From the NCBI GenBank assembly GCA_938044295.1, contig CALIRC010000010.1, positions 1 to 32,083 on the forward strand: a DNA stretch of 32,083 nucleotides. The letters run 5' to 3'. Position numbers and translations under genes: made by a program. The notes under the pieces are model-generated. The model was not told the DNA's origin. It searched no databases and saw only the letters and a program-made list of their open reading frames with translations. Positions within the stretch are counted from its first letter, which is position 1. Each line of letters starts with the position of its first letter. Positions 13,652 through 22,776 of the stretch are shown here, one piece after another. The DNA comes from Minisyncoccota bacterium (GTDB taxonomy: Bacteria; Patescibacteriota; Minisyncoccia; Moranbacterales; GCA-2747515).

Positions 13652-15514
13652 ATGAAAAATAAATTTCGTGGTTTAGGTGCATCGCGAGTAAACGGACGCG
13701 TTTACAGTTTTGTTGCCGACAAAAACAATCCTGCAGATACGTTTATCGTTCAGTCCAGTAGTGACGGACGTGTTTTCGTACCACACAGCTCCCAGGCGCG
13801 GATAAGCAGTGTAAATCTCCCAATCGATACGCTGGAAACCTGCTCACATTTTCATGTATCTTCCCACGATGACTACTATTACTTAACATACCAAGCAAGT
13901 AAAGCATCGCAGAAGTCACTTCTCCTCGCGCAGTCAACAGACTTGATTAACTGGGAGAAGATGACAGTTGTCTCAGAAGAAAAAACCAATGCAAAGGTGA
14001 TCCCAGAATATACATTCAAGGATCATCTCATGATGTACGCTGGCGGAAAGACAATTAGCCTCCTTGCATCGGACAATCTTATGCACTGGTATGAAGAAGC
14101 ACCAGATGTGATTGGCAGTGCAAAAGAGGGAAAAGAATACATTATAGCAGACATTAAAATCCTTGATGAAGGGATTTTTCTCATTTACTACGAAGCATTA
14201 CATGTTGGAGCTGAGTCAGCTCAGGCTTATAAGCTCAAAGCTGCACTTTTTCAGAGAGACAATCCGCGCAAAGTTCTGTGGAAGAGTAAGAGAAATCTCC
14301 ATAAAGTGCACGATGATGGAGAGAAACTCCTCCACCCTTTCGCGATGGTCACGCTCGACGATGCTTTTGTGGCATATTGGCAATCAGCAGATGATACACT
14401 GCAACTTTTCTATCATCAGTTTAAAGGATCACGTCTCGACATTGCGCACAAAGCAAAAGAAAAAAAGTGGAAAAAAGAAGAACTACCTCAACTCGAGCGG
14501 TCTGATGCTAATCCAATCATGGCGCCAAAGAAAGAACATGTGTGGGAATCAAAAGCAGCATTCAATCCAGCAGCAATTTTTGTCAACGGTGTTTTTCACA
14601 TACTCTATAGAGCGATTGGCGATGGTGATGTGTCAGTGCTGGGCTATGCGCAGAGTGAAGATGGTATAAACATTACAAAACGTTTAGATCATCCAGCATA
14701 TGTACCGAGGGAAATATTTGAAGGTGCCCTCAAACCACAAAATAAGGTAGACCACAAAAATTGGTCACCGTTCATGTCTGGTGGTGGAGCATGGGGTGGG
14801 TGCGAAGACCCGCGTCTAAATCGCATGGGAGATAGGATTTATCTCACATATGTCGCATATAACGGTTGGCAACCTCCACGCCTTGCAATGTCCTGGATTA
14901 CAATCACTGATTTCCTCGCGCATAACTGGAACTGGTCAAAACCAGTGCTCATATCTCCACCAGGTGTCGTGTCAAAAAGTGGATCGATGCTACCAGAAAA
15001 AATCGACAATCACTATGTATTTTTCCACAGAGTGTTCCCAGATATTCATATTGACTTCATCGACGACCTTGATCGTTTTGATGGAAAATCATTCTTCCTA
15101 AAGTGTAAGGAAAGCATAAAAGTACGTGAAGATCAGTGGGATGCAGGTAAGTTCTCCATGGGCGCACCACCAATGAAGACTAAAGATGGATGGCTTGTAA
15201 TCTATAGCGCCGTCTCTGGGAGGCAAGAGTGGAAGGGGAGTGATCTCAGATACAAAATTGGTGCAATGCTCCTCGATCTAAAAGATCCAACAAAAGTAAT
15301 TTATAGATCAAATGACGCAGTACTCGTACCAGAAACACATTACGAAAACGAAGGAGCAAAGCCAGGTATCATTTATCCATGCGGCGCAGCAATCAAAGAA
15401 AACACGCTATTCGTCTATTATGGAGGCGCAGATGAGTTTACGTGTGTCGCAACAGCAGATCTCCCTACATTTTTAGAAAAATTAAAAGTAACTGGTAAAA
15501 TAGAGAGTGAATAA
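13652..15514 (+). CDS. two-domain GH130-like glycoside phosphorylase/glycosidase; the N-terminal propeller is degenerate
   Basis: The C-terminal half has the GH130-type signature (GGCEDPRLNRMGDRIYLTYVAYNG, FNPAAI, YYGGAD). The N-terminal half has propeller-like repeats but no EDPR motif. Confidence 0.8.
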   Translation: MKNKFRGLGASRVNGRVYSFVADKNNPADTFIVQSSSDGRVFVPHSSQARISSVNLPIDTLETCSHFHVSSHDDYYYLTYQASKASQKSLLLAQSTDLINWEKMTVVSEEKTNAKVIPEYTFKDHLMMYAGGKTISLLASDNLMHWYEEAPDVIGSAKEGKEYIIADIKILDEGIFLIYYEALHVGAESAQAYKLKAALFQRDNPRKVLWKSKRNLHKVHDDGEKLLHPFAMVTLDDAFVAYWQSADDTLQLFYHQFKGSRLDIAHKAKEKKWKKEELPQLERSDANPIMAPKKEHVWESKAAFNPAAIFVNGVFHILYRAIGDGDVSVLGYAQSEDGINITKRLDHPAYVPREIFEGALKPQNKVDHKNWSPFMSGGGAWGGCEDPRLNRMGDRIYLTYVAYNGWQPPRLAMSWITITDFLAHNWNWSKPVLISPPGVVSKSGSMLPEKIDNHYVFFHRVFPDIHIDFIDDLDRFDGKSFFLKCKESIKVREDQWDAGKFSMGAPPMKTKDGWLVIYSAVSGRQEWKGSDLRYKIGAMLLDLKDPTKVIYRSNDAVLVPETHYENEGAKPGIIYPCGAAIKENTLFVYYGGADEFTCVATADLPTFLEKLKVTGKIESE

Positions 15515-15571
15515 TAACTACTACCAGAACCAGAAGGCTAGCCAAATAAAAATAACCACTAATACAAAACT

Positions 15572-17530
15572 ATGCGTGTCAAAAGATTTCCCAACAATCC
15601 TATTCTTGGTCCAGATAGAGATCATCACTGGGAAGCGCAGGCAGTGTTCAATGGCTGTCCAGTAAAAGATGATGAGGGTAACTACCATTTGTTGTATAGA
15701 GCTCAGTCTTACGAACAAACACATCATGGTGTACTTATGGAGCTTTCGACAATCGGCCACACTAAGAGTGCAGATCATCGCAGCTTCAATGGAGAGCGCA
15801 CACAACTCATCTTTCCAGAAGAAGAATGGGAGAAATTTGGCTGTGAAGACCCGCGTGTGACAAAAATTGACGACACATATTACATCATCTATACAGCGCT
15901 CTCTGATTACCCACATTCACCAGATGGCATCAAACTCGGTGTGGCTGTAACGAAAGACTTCAAGACGATTGAAGCCAAACACCAGGTCACACATTTCAAC
16001 TCCAAGGCAATGGCACTATTTCCAGAAAAAATCGACGGAAAGTACTATGCAATTCTCACAATGAACACAGACAAGCCGCCAGTGCGCATTGCAGTAGCTG
16101 CATTTGATCGTATAGAACAGATGTGGAGTAAAGACTATTGGGATCAGTGGCTTGAAAGAATCGATGCCCACACAGTACATTTGCAGCGCTCTCTCGTCGA
16201 CCATATTGAAATAGGTGCGCCGCCAGTTAAAACAGACGAAGGCTGGCTCCTGATGTACTCATACATCAGAGGGTACAAAACTGATCATCCCATTTTTGGC
16301 ATCGACGCTGCTTTACTTAAAAAAGATGATCCTAGAAGAATTGTGGGTCGCACATCAAAACCAGTAATGACACCACAAGAAAGCTATGAATATCATGGCA
16401 TGGTACCAAATATCGTTTTTCCTTCTGGTCTGCTGAAAGAGGGGGATAACCTCCATCTTTTCTATGGTGCAGCTGATGATTCAGTTGCTGTCGCTGATCT
16501 GTCTTGTAAGGAAATTATTGAGAGGGTGCGACACAAGAAGTGTGAGGACTTTGTAGGAGATGGCGCATTGCCAGTGCAATTGGAGCGATTTGAAGGCAAT
16601 CCAATTATCGAGCCACAAGGGCATGGATGGGAATCTAAGTACACGCTGAACCCCACAGCAATCCGTGATGATGAAAAAACGTACATCCTCTACCGAGCAC
16701 AAGATGAAAATGACACATCATATGTAGGACTTGCTATTTGTCCAGATGGATTTCACATCGATGAAAAACTTTCCGAACCAATCTATATTCCTCGTGTGCC
16801 TGAAGAGGTACGACATGAGCCAGGATTTTCTGGCTGTGAAGACGCTCGCATTACACGCATGGGAGAGCGATTTTACTTGAACTACACTGCGTACAATGGG
16901 CATGATAATGCACGTGTCGCCTTTTCCTCCATCAGTGTAGACGATTTCCGTGCACGTAATTGGGATCAGTGGGACTTACCTCAGATTATTTCACCACCAG
17001 AAGAGTTTGACAAAAACTCCTGTCTTGTAGAAGAAAAAATAAACGGCAAGTACCTCTTCTTCCATCGTCTCAGAAACGACATCTGGATCGACTACGTTGA
17101 CTCACTAACATTTCCTGAAGGGAAATATTTAGGTGGTAAAATTCTCATGAGTCCACGTCCAGAAACATGGGATAGCATACGTATCGGCATTGCAGGACCA
17201 CCGATAAAAATAGACAAAGGTCATGGTGAAGGACTGTGGGTGCTGATCTATCACGCGATCTCAGAATATGATGGTATGTATCGTCTCGGTGCAGCATTGC
17301 TTGATCTTGAAAAAGGAGAAGTAGTATCACGTCTCGATTATCCAATTCTCACGCCAGAGGCAGACTACGAAAACAATGGCCTCAGACCAGGAACTGTCTT
17401 TTCTTGTGGGCAAGTAATCATCGACGAAACACTCTATGTCTACTACGGCGGGGCAGACCAAGTAACTTGCGCAGCGAGTATGGATTTCCAGTGTCTCGTA
17501 GACGCACTTAATGAAAAACGTCATAAGTAA
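15572..17530 (+). CDS. tandem double GH130-like glycoside phosphorylase/glycosidase
   Basis: Both halves carry the signature: GCEDPRVTKIDDTYYIIYTA and GCEDARITRMGERFYLNYTAYNG. Both end in Y(Y/F)GAAD/YYGGAD. It is a paralog of the preceding gene. Confidence 0.85.
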   Translation: MRVKRFPNNPILGPDRDHHWEAQAVFNGCPVKDDEGNYHLLYRAQSYEQTHHGVLMELSTIGHTKSADHRSFNGERTQLIFPEEEWEKFGCEDPRVTKIDDTYYIIYTALSDYPHSPDGIKLGVAVTKDFKTIEAKHQVTHFNSKAMALFPEKIDGKYYAILTMNTDKPPVRIAVAAFDRIEQMWSKDYWDQWLERIDAHTVHLQRSLVDHIEIGAPPVKTDEGWLLMYSYIRGYKTDHPIFGIDAALLKKDDPRRIVGRTSKPVMTPQESYEYHGMVPNIVFPSGLLKEGDNLHLFYGAADDSVAVADLSCKEIIERVRHKKCEDFVGDGALPVQLERFEGNPIIEPQGHGWESKYTLNPTAIRDDEKTYILYRAQDENDTSYVGLAICPDGFHIDEKLSEPIYIPRVPEEVRHEPGFSGCEDARITRMGERFYLNYTAYNGHDNARVAFSSISVDDFRARNWDQWDLPQIISPPEEFDKNSCLVEEKINGKYLFFHRLRNDIWIDYVDSLTFPEGKYLGGKILMSPRPETWDSIRIGIAGPPIKIDKGHGEGLWVLIYHAISEYDGMYRLGAALLDLEKGEVVSRLDYPILTPEADYENNGLRPGTVFSCGQVIIDETLYVYYGGADQVTCAASMDFQCLVDALNEKRHK

Positions 17531-17849
17531 AAGCAAAAATGCGAAAAAGAGTTTCTACAGTTTTTTTGCACAATACACTTAAGAAAATATGTAAAAAAAG
17601 ACAAAAGTATATCAAGAATTTCACAGATGAAAGTAAAGAACTTTACAAAAGACTTTCTGTGCGTTAAGATATGACTATAGATAGGAGAATAAGTGCCGCG
17701 CACAGTGGTACTTTTTCTTTCTCATGGTAATCCTGATCTCCTGGAAGTTTTAAAATACTCCCTCAGAAAACGCAAAAAAGTTCATCGAGACTTGTAAAAA
17801 GACAGGAGTAATACAGGAAATTATCATCACTAACACGTATTACAAAAAA

Positions 17850-19622
17850 ATGGAAATAAGAAATGTTGCGATCATAGCACACGTAGATCATGGTAAGACG
17901 ACAATTACAGATGCTGTAATGAAGCAAACTGGAGCAGCTGCAGAAGAAGTCTCTATGGATTCAAATGATCTTGAAAAAGAGCGCGGTATCACAATCTACG
18001 CAAAAAACACTTCCGTGCGCTACAAAGACACCAAGATCAATATAGTCGACACTCCAGGGCATGCTGACTTTGGCTCAGAAGTAGAACGTGTTTTGCGATC
18101 GATCGACAGCGTTGTGCTCGTTGTAGATGCACAAGAGGGACCCATGCCACAGACGAGATTTGTACTGAAGAAGTCACTAGAGCTTGGGCACCATCCAATG
18201 GTTGTTATTAATAAGATCGACAAACCAGCAGCTCGGCTCGGCGAAGTAGAAGAAGAGATTTACGAATTGTTTCTCGATTTGGGAGCAACAGATGAACAAC
18301 TAGATTTTCCAACAATCTACGCTATAGGACGTGATGGCATAGCGAAGAACAAGCCACAAGACGACAGCGATTCTATGACACCGCTTCTCGATGCTATCCT
18401 CGACCATGTCGAACCAGCAAAAAATGACACCGAAGCACCGCTGCGTTTGCAACCTTTTTCACTTGCCTATGATAACTTCTTAGGAAGACTTGCAGTAGCA
18501 CGTGTCTATGAAGGAGTACTCAAGGTAGGTTCAGTCCACATCAAAACACCTGAAGGTGTTTTACGGAATGCAAAAGTAATCAAAATCTTTACGTTTGAAG
18601 GTGTGCAGCGTACAGAAGTAGATGAGGCACAAGCAGGTGACATCGTCATGTTTGCAGGAATCGAAAACATCGACATTGGTGAAACGGTATGTGCAGATCC
18701 ACAAGCACAACCACTCCCAGCAATTACTGTAGACGAACCCACAATCTCTCTGACATTCCTGGTCAATGATTCACCATTCGCTGGTCAAGAAGGAAAATTT
18801 GTCACCCGTGAACAAATTCGTGAACGATTGGAAAAGGAGCTAGAAGTTAACGTAGGATTGAGGGTGGATTTTGATTCATTTACCGTATATGGGCGAGGCG
18901 AGATGCACATCGCAGTGCTTCTTGAGAACATGCGCAGAGAGGGGTTTGAGCTTGCGGTCTCACAACCAAAAGTGATTATCAAAGACATCGATGGGGTAAA
19001 AAGCGAGCCATACGAAGAGTTGACGATCACAGTCCCTGAAGAACATTCAGGTGCCATCATCGAAAAACTAGGAAAGAGAAAAGGTGTGATGAGTGATATG
19101 AAACACGGAGCAGATGGTGTGCGAATGCTTTTTGAAATTCCTACACGAGGAGCCCTGGGTTACAGGAGTGAATTTGTTGTCGATACCAAAGGAGAGGGTA
19201 TTCTCTCAAGTCGATTCCTAGAATTTCGACAGCATGCCGGGGAGATTAAAAAGCGTGTCGTTGGATCGATGATCTCAGGAGAAACAGGAAAGGCTCTTGG
19301 ATTTTCTCTGGCCAACCTTCAGAGTCGTGGTACGCTCTATATCGGCCCATCTACACAGGTTTACGAAGGGCAGGTAATCGGCAACACAGCCAAAGGAGAA
19401 GAAATGACCGTCAATCCGATCAAAGGAAAGCAGCTAACCAACATGCGCGCTAGCGGTACAGATGAAAATATTTCTCTCACACCGCATATGGTCATGACAA
19501 TTGAAAAAGGCATGGAAGTCATGGTAGAGGATGAATATCTAGAAATCACACCACAGAGTGTACGTCTAAGAAAAATGGCACTTACAGAAAATGATCGTGT
19601 CAAAGCCTCGCGAAAGAAATAG
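17850..19622 (+). CDS. typA: translational GTPase TypA/BipA
   Basis: G motifs [17 protein letters not shown] and NKID. The 590-aa EF-G-like architecture lacks domain IV and has the BipA C-terminal domain. Confidence 0.92.
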   Translation: MEIRNVAIIAHVDHGKTTITDAVMKQTGAAAEEVSMDSNDLEKERGITIYAKNTSVRYKDTKINIVDTPGHADFGSEVERVLRSIDSVVLVVDAQEGPMPQTRFVLKKSLELGHHPMVVINKIDKPAARLGEVEEEIYELFLDLGATDEQLDFPTIYAIGRDGIAKNKPQDDSDSMTPLLDAILDHVEPAKNDTEAPLRLQPFSLAYDNFLGRLAVARVYEGVLKVGSVHIKTPEGVLRNAKVIKIFTFEGVQRTEVDEAQAGDIVMFAGIENIDIGETVCADPQAQPLPAITVDEPTISLTFLVNDSPFAGQEGKFVTREQIRERLEKELEVNVGLRVDFDSFTVYGRGEMHIAVLLENMRREGFELAVSQPKVIIKDIDGVKSEPYEELTITVPEEHSGAIIEKLGKRKGVMSDMKHGADGVRMLFEIPTRGALGYRSEFVVDTKGEGILSSRFLEFRQHAGEIKKRVVGSMISGETGKALGFSLANLQSRGTLYIGPSTQVYEGQVIGNTAKGEEMTVNPIKGKQLTNMRASGTDENISLTPHMVMTIEKGMEVMVEDEYLEITPQSVRLRKMALTENDRVKASRKK

Positions 19623-19647
19623 TCAAATTGCAATGATGGGCTAAGCT

Positions 19648-19678
19648 GCAAAAAACATAGTAAAACCATGTTTTTTGC
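19648..19678 (+). terminator. rho-independent terminator of typA
   Basis: GCAAAAAACATagtaaaaccATGTTTTTTGC. Confidence 0.7.
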
Positions 19679-19717
19679 TATACTTAAATAATTCATTTGA
19701 TTCACGTAAAAAAAGTA

Positions 19718-20461
19718 ATGTCATTGAAAATCGTCTCTTTAAATATAGAAAAGGACAGACATCTTGATCGCGTCATCCCATTTTTGAAACAAAAAGTAGA
19801 TGAGGGATATGAAGTATTTTGTCTGCAAGAGGTTTACAAAAGAGACTTAGCAAAACTAACAAAGGTAATCAGTGGTAAGAAATTTTTCTCGGAGTTTTTT
19901 CCAATGTGTAGATACACTGGAGAGCCACAAGAGGACTTAGATGAAGTGCAAGGCCTTGCTATGATCTACGTAAAACTACCATTTGCCATAGATAAGTTTC
20001 CATATTACAAAGATACGCCTGAACTGCCGCTGCATCCAAAAGGTTATGCACAGCTACACGCAGGAATAATTGTAAGCACATTTCGCACTGAAGGTATGAA
20101 TTTTCAGATTGCTACTACGCACTTTCCTGTTGCACCAAATGGGGCAACAGATGAACGTCAAAAAGAGGCCCTAAGAAAAATGCTTGCTAAACTATCAAAT
20201 ATTGAAGATTTAGTATTTTGTGGTGATTTCAATGCACCAAGAGGTAGAGAGGTTTTCACCAAAATAGCAAGTTTGTATAAAGACAACATCCCAGCAGAAG
20301 TGACGACAACAATCGATGGCAATTATCACAAGGCGGGAGATTTGCCCTACGTCGTTGATGGATTATTCACCACAGCGCACTATGATGTAGTGAATGTCGA
20401 GATCGTAGATGGCCTCAGTGATCATAAGGCGATCACTGCGGAAGTGACAAAATCAACTTGA
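19718..20461 (+). CDS. endonuclease/exonuclease/phosphatase (EEP) family protein, paralog 1
   Basis: EEP motifs SLNIE, CLQEV, TTHF, CGDFNAPR and SDHKAI. The track ORF opens at a TTG (19697); the first ATG is at 19718. Confidence 0.8.
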   Translation: MSLKIVSLNIEKDRHLDRVIPFLKQKVDEGYEVFCLQEVYKRDLAKLTKVISGKKFFSEFFPMCRYTGEPQEDLDEVQGLAMIYVKLPFAIDKFPYYKDTPELPLHPKGYAQLHAGIIVSTFRTEGMNFQIATTHFPVAPNGATDERQKEALRKMLAKLSNIEDLVFCGDFNAPRGREVFTKIASLYKDNIPAEVTTTIDGNYHKAGDLPYVVDGLFTTAHYDVVNVEIVDGLSDHKAITAEVTKST

Positions 20462-20490
20462 TCAAAAAATGCAGCAACTACAGCAATATA

Positions 20491-20617
20491 AGGACTTCCT
20501 CACTTTAGTGCAATGTGAGGTACAAATACTCCTTTTTCTCTAAGGCGTACTGATGACGTACGTCGTCAGAAAAAAGAGTGTTTATAAAAGGAGCAGTGTG
20601 CAAAGTGAGGAAGTCCT
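20491..20617. repeat. 127-nt nested imperfect palindrome
   Basis: Outer 16-bp perfect arms AGGACTTCCTCACTTT/AAAGTGAGGAAGTCCT. Inner arms are CTCCTTTT/AAAAGGAG and CTCT/AGAG. The central 20-nt palindrome CTGATGACGTACGTCGTCAG lies at 20550..20569. Confidence 0.6.
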
Positions 20618-20665
20618 AAGTATAAAAAGACGTCACATAGATTTGTATCTAGGTGACGTAATTGA

Positions 20666-21028
20666 TCACAAAGGCACTGATTTTTGTAAATATGCTTGCG
20701 GAAGTGTATTCACAAAATTTTCTAAGTCTAACCTGTGAACAGGAGATCCCTCTCTATTAATTGCTGATAGGCATAGACTGTAAAATGTGCTCTCAATCGT
20801 CAACAGCGACACGTAAAGATCATCTTCTACTAAGTAAGGCATATTTGCAAATTTTTTTTGCGCGGCTACTGTGAATCTGCGCAATTGCAAGTCATCTCCA
20901 GAAACGAAAAAAAAATCACCTCGCGCATCTGCTAAACAAGCGCTAATACTTTCCCACTCTTGTGGCCAGCTAGAATTTATGAAGGAAATAATCTTTGCTA
21001 CAAAAACCCATTTTGGCTGTGAAATCAT
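20666..21028 (-). CDS. hypothetical small cytoplasmic protein between the two EEP genes
   Basis: Track ORF 20666..21097. I prefer M24 (21028) because the longer form leaves only 23 nt to the next gene and starts with a Cys/Tyr-rich unlikely segment. No family recognised. Confidence 0.5.
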   Translation of the reverse strand: MISQPKWVFVAKIISFINSSWPQEWESISACLADARGDFFFVSGDDLQLRRFTVAAQKKFANMPYLVEDDLYVSLLTIESTFYSLCLSAINREGSPVHRLDLENFVNTLPQAYLQKSVPL

Positions 21029-21171
21029 GTAAACCTCAATAAAGAACTTGGGAGTATACCCACAATAGTAGATTATAGGAGAAATACACACTGTCAAGAT
21101 GATTAAAATTTTTTATTGACATGGCCTACACAGATGATAAGCTTCAAAAGTACAACAATGAGGAGTTAATT

Positions 21172-21963
21172 ATGTCTTCAAATAATGTAGTGGTAGCAAC
21201 CATGAATGCAGAAAAAGGAAGACTAGGAACTGCATTCATTGCAAATGCAAAAGATTTTTTACAAGAACATCCACTATGTGTCTTAGCATTGCAGGAAGTC
21301 TCTCCGGAAATATTACAAGAAATATGTCGTGAGCAAAATTGGCACATGAAGTTTGAAAAGCGGTGCACATTCAACGGCTTATACCGAGGAAAGCAATACC
21401 ATAATTTTAACCAAGGCATCGGGACAATTTCTACAAATCCAATCCTACACTGTGATGTCTATGCATACGACGAGTATATGCACCCAAAGCTAAATGATTT
21501 TGTGCAGACAGGGAAAGATGATGAAGATGTTGGGATATCGTCACTGTTACACACACAAATTGCATTTGCAAAAAAAAAGCTTGACATATTTAATACGCAT
21601 GGTATTTGGACTGCAAAAGGAGCATCTACAAAAAGGCAGGCTGCAGGTATTAAAAAAATGCTTAAATACCTTAAGAAGTTTAAGTCAGGGGTTGTTTTAG
21701 GTGATTTCAACATCACAAAATACCCACCAAACAAGACCGGTCTCCATGCAGCATATGTCCAGATCACTAAAGCAGGACTCAAAGACTGTCTTCCGGAAAA
21801 CATAACAACAACACTAAATGCAAAACATCATCGAAATGGTAAAAAAACAGATGATGTCATTGTAGACTACATGTTTCAGCTTGGAAATAGCAAGCAAATC
21901 ATGAATGTCCAGAGGATCCAAATACCATCGGATCACTATGGATTACGCGCAACCATTGAATAG
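21172..21963 (+). CDS. endonuclease/exonuclease/phosphatase (EEP) family protein, paralog 2
   Basis: EEP motifs ATMNAE, LALQEV, NTHG, LGDFNIT and PSDHYGL. The ATG at 21172 follows GAGGAG at 6-nt spacing. The track start at 21121 overlaps a TTGACA box. Confidence 0.8.
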   Translation: MSSNNVVVATMNAEKGRLGTAFIANAKDFLQEHPLCVLALQEVSPEILQEICREQNWHMKFEKRCTFNGLYRGKQYHNFNQGIGTISTNPILHCDVYAYDEYMHPKLNDFVQTGKDDEDVGISSLLHTQIAFAKKKLDIFNTHGIWTAKGASTKRQAAGIKKMLKYLKKFKSGVVLGDFNITKYPPNKTGLHAAYVQITKAGLKDCLPENITTTLNAKHHRNGKKTDDVIVDYMFQLGNSKQIMNVQRIQIPSDHYGLRATIE

Positions 21964-21984
21964 ATAAAGAAAGATCTTCAAATA

Positions 21985-22018
21985 GAAGTACTACTAAATC
22001 AGTAGTACTTCCTTTTTT
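21985..22018 (+). terminator. rho-independent terminator
   Basis: GAAGTACTACtaaatcaGTAGTACTTCCTTTTTT. Confidence 0.8.
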
Positions 22019-22032
22019 AAAGGAACAGTAGC

Positions 22033-22061
22033 TTGCATAAACGAAAGATCTAGGTTATACT
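22033..22061 (+). promoter_or_regulatory. promoter TTGCAT-17 nt-TATACT for the L33-L28 unit
   Basis: Hexamers at 22033..22038 and 22056..22061 with an exact 17-nt spacer. Confidence 0.6.
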
Positions 22062-22096
22062 AGTCTCCACGTACAAAAATTATCTAATTTTAACTT

Positions 22097-22276
22097 ATGT
22101 CACAAGATAACCTAATACGTCTAGTCTCTACTGGAGATGAAGACGGCGTCGGAGAGGGTCATACGATCTGGGCGCACAAAAACACCAAAAAACTCCGCAC
22201 AGTAAAACTTGCATTGAAGAAATTCAATCCAATTGCTAAGAAGCATACAATCTACAAAGAAAAGCCAAAAAAGTAA
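22097..22276 (+). CDS. rpmG: 50S ribosomal protein L33 (Cys-less form)
   Basis: Hand-found 59-aa ORF, just below the track cutoff. MSQDNLIRLVSTG...HKNTKKLRTVKLALKKFNPIAKKHTIYKEKPKK aligns to the L33 pattern with the four Zn-ribbon Cys positions replaced. Confidence 0.8.
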   Translation: MSQDNLIRLVSTGDEDGVGEGHTIWAHKNTKKLRTVKLALKKFNPIAKKHTIYKEKPKK

Positions 22277-22368
22277 ATGAAGAATAAAGTGTTACAGAAA
22301 AAAGTGTTCTAAATAAAGGGCCTGTAGCAAATAAAATCTCAAACTCTAAATCGCAAATCTCCATCAAT

Positions 22369-22614
22369 ATGTCACGAAATTGCACCATAACCGGCAAAGG
22401 CACTGTGTCTGGACAAAATGTCTCGCATTCTCAAGTTAAAACAAAGCGAAAATTTAAGGCTAATATCCAGAACAAGCGCTTACTCAACCCAGCAACAGGT
22501 AAGATGATGCGCCTAAAAATTTCTACAGCTGGACTCAGAACACTTAAAAAATGGCAGGCAGCAGGGAAAAAGTATGACTTGCGAAAACTCATCAAAGACA
22601 GCAACAACAGCTAA
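22369..22614 (+). CDS. rpmB: 50S ribosomal protein L28
   Basis: MSRNCTITGKGTVSGQNVSHSQVKTKRKFKANIQNKR... is the canonical L28 N-terminus. Confidence 0.9.
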   Translation: MSRNCTITGKGTVSGQNVSHSQVKTKRKFKANIQNKRLLNPATGKMMRLKISTAGLRTLKKWQAAGKKYDLRKLIKDSNNS

Positions 22615-22624
22615 GCTAAAGTGC

Positions 22625-22650
22625 AAAAACACCTAACCATGGTGTTTTTT
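22625..22650 (+). terminator. rho-independent terminator
   Basis: AAAAACACCtaaccatGGTGTTTTTT. Confidence 0.8.
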
Positions 22651-22776
22651 GTTAATATGTTCTATAACGATGGCATCAAAAAAGGTAAAGCAACAATTAT
22701 TTTTTACTGTCAATTGACGTAATTTTTCTCTGTGATAAAGTTGCACTATATACATTATTACATTAACCGTATCGCT

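Noticed and set aside
20553-20738. Plus-strand 61-aa ORF. A shorter GTG start at 20598 is preceded by AGGAG. It spans the 3' arm of the palindrome and overlaps the end of the minus-strand gene.
   Set aside because: It overlaps the convergent CDS by 73 nt, and I recognise no homolog. Its 5' part is the palindrome itself. It cannot be excluded but is not supportable as a gene.
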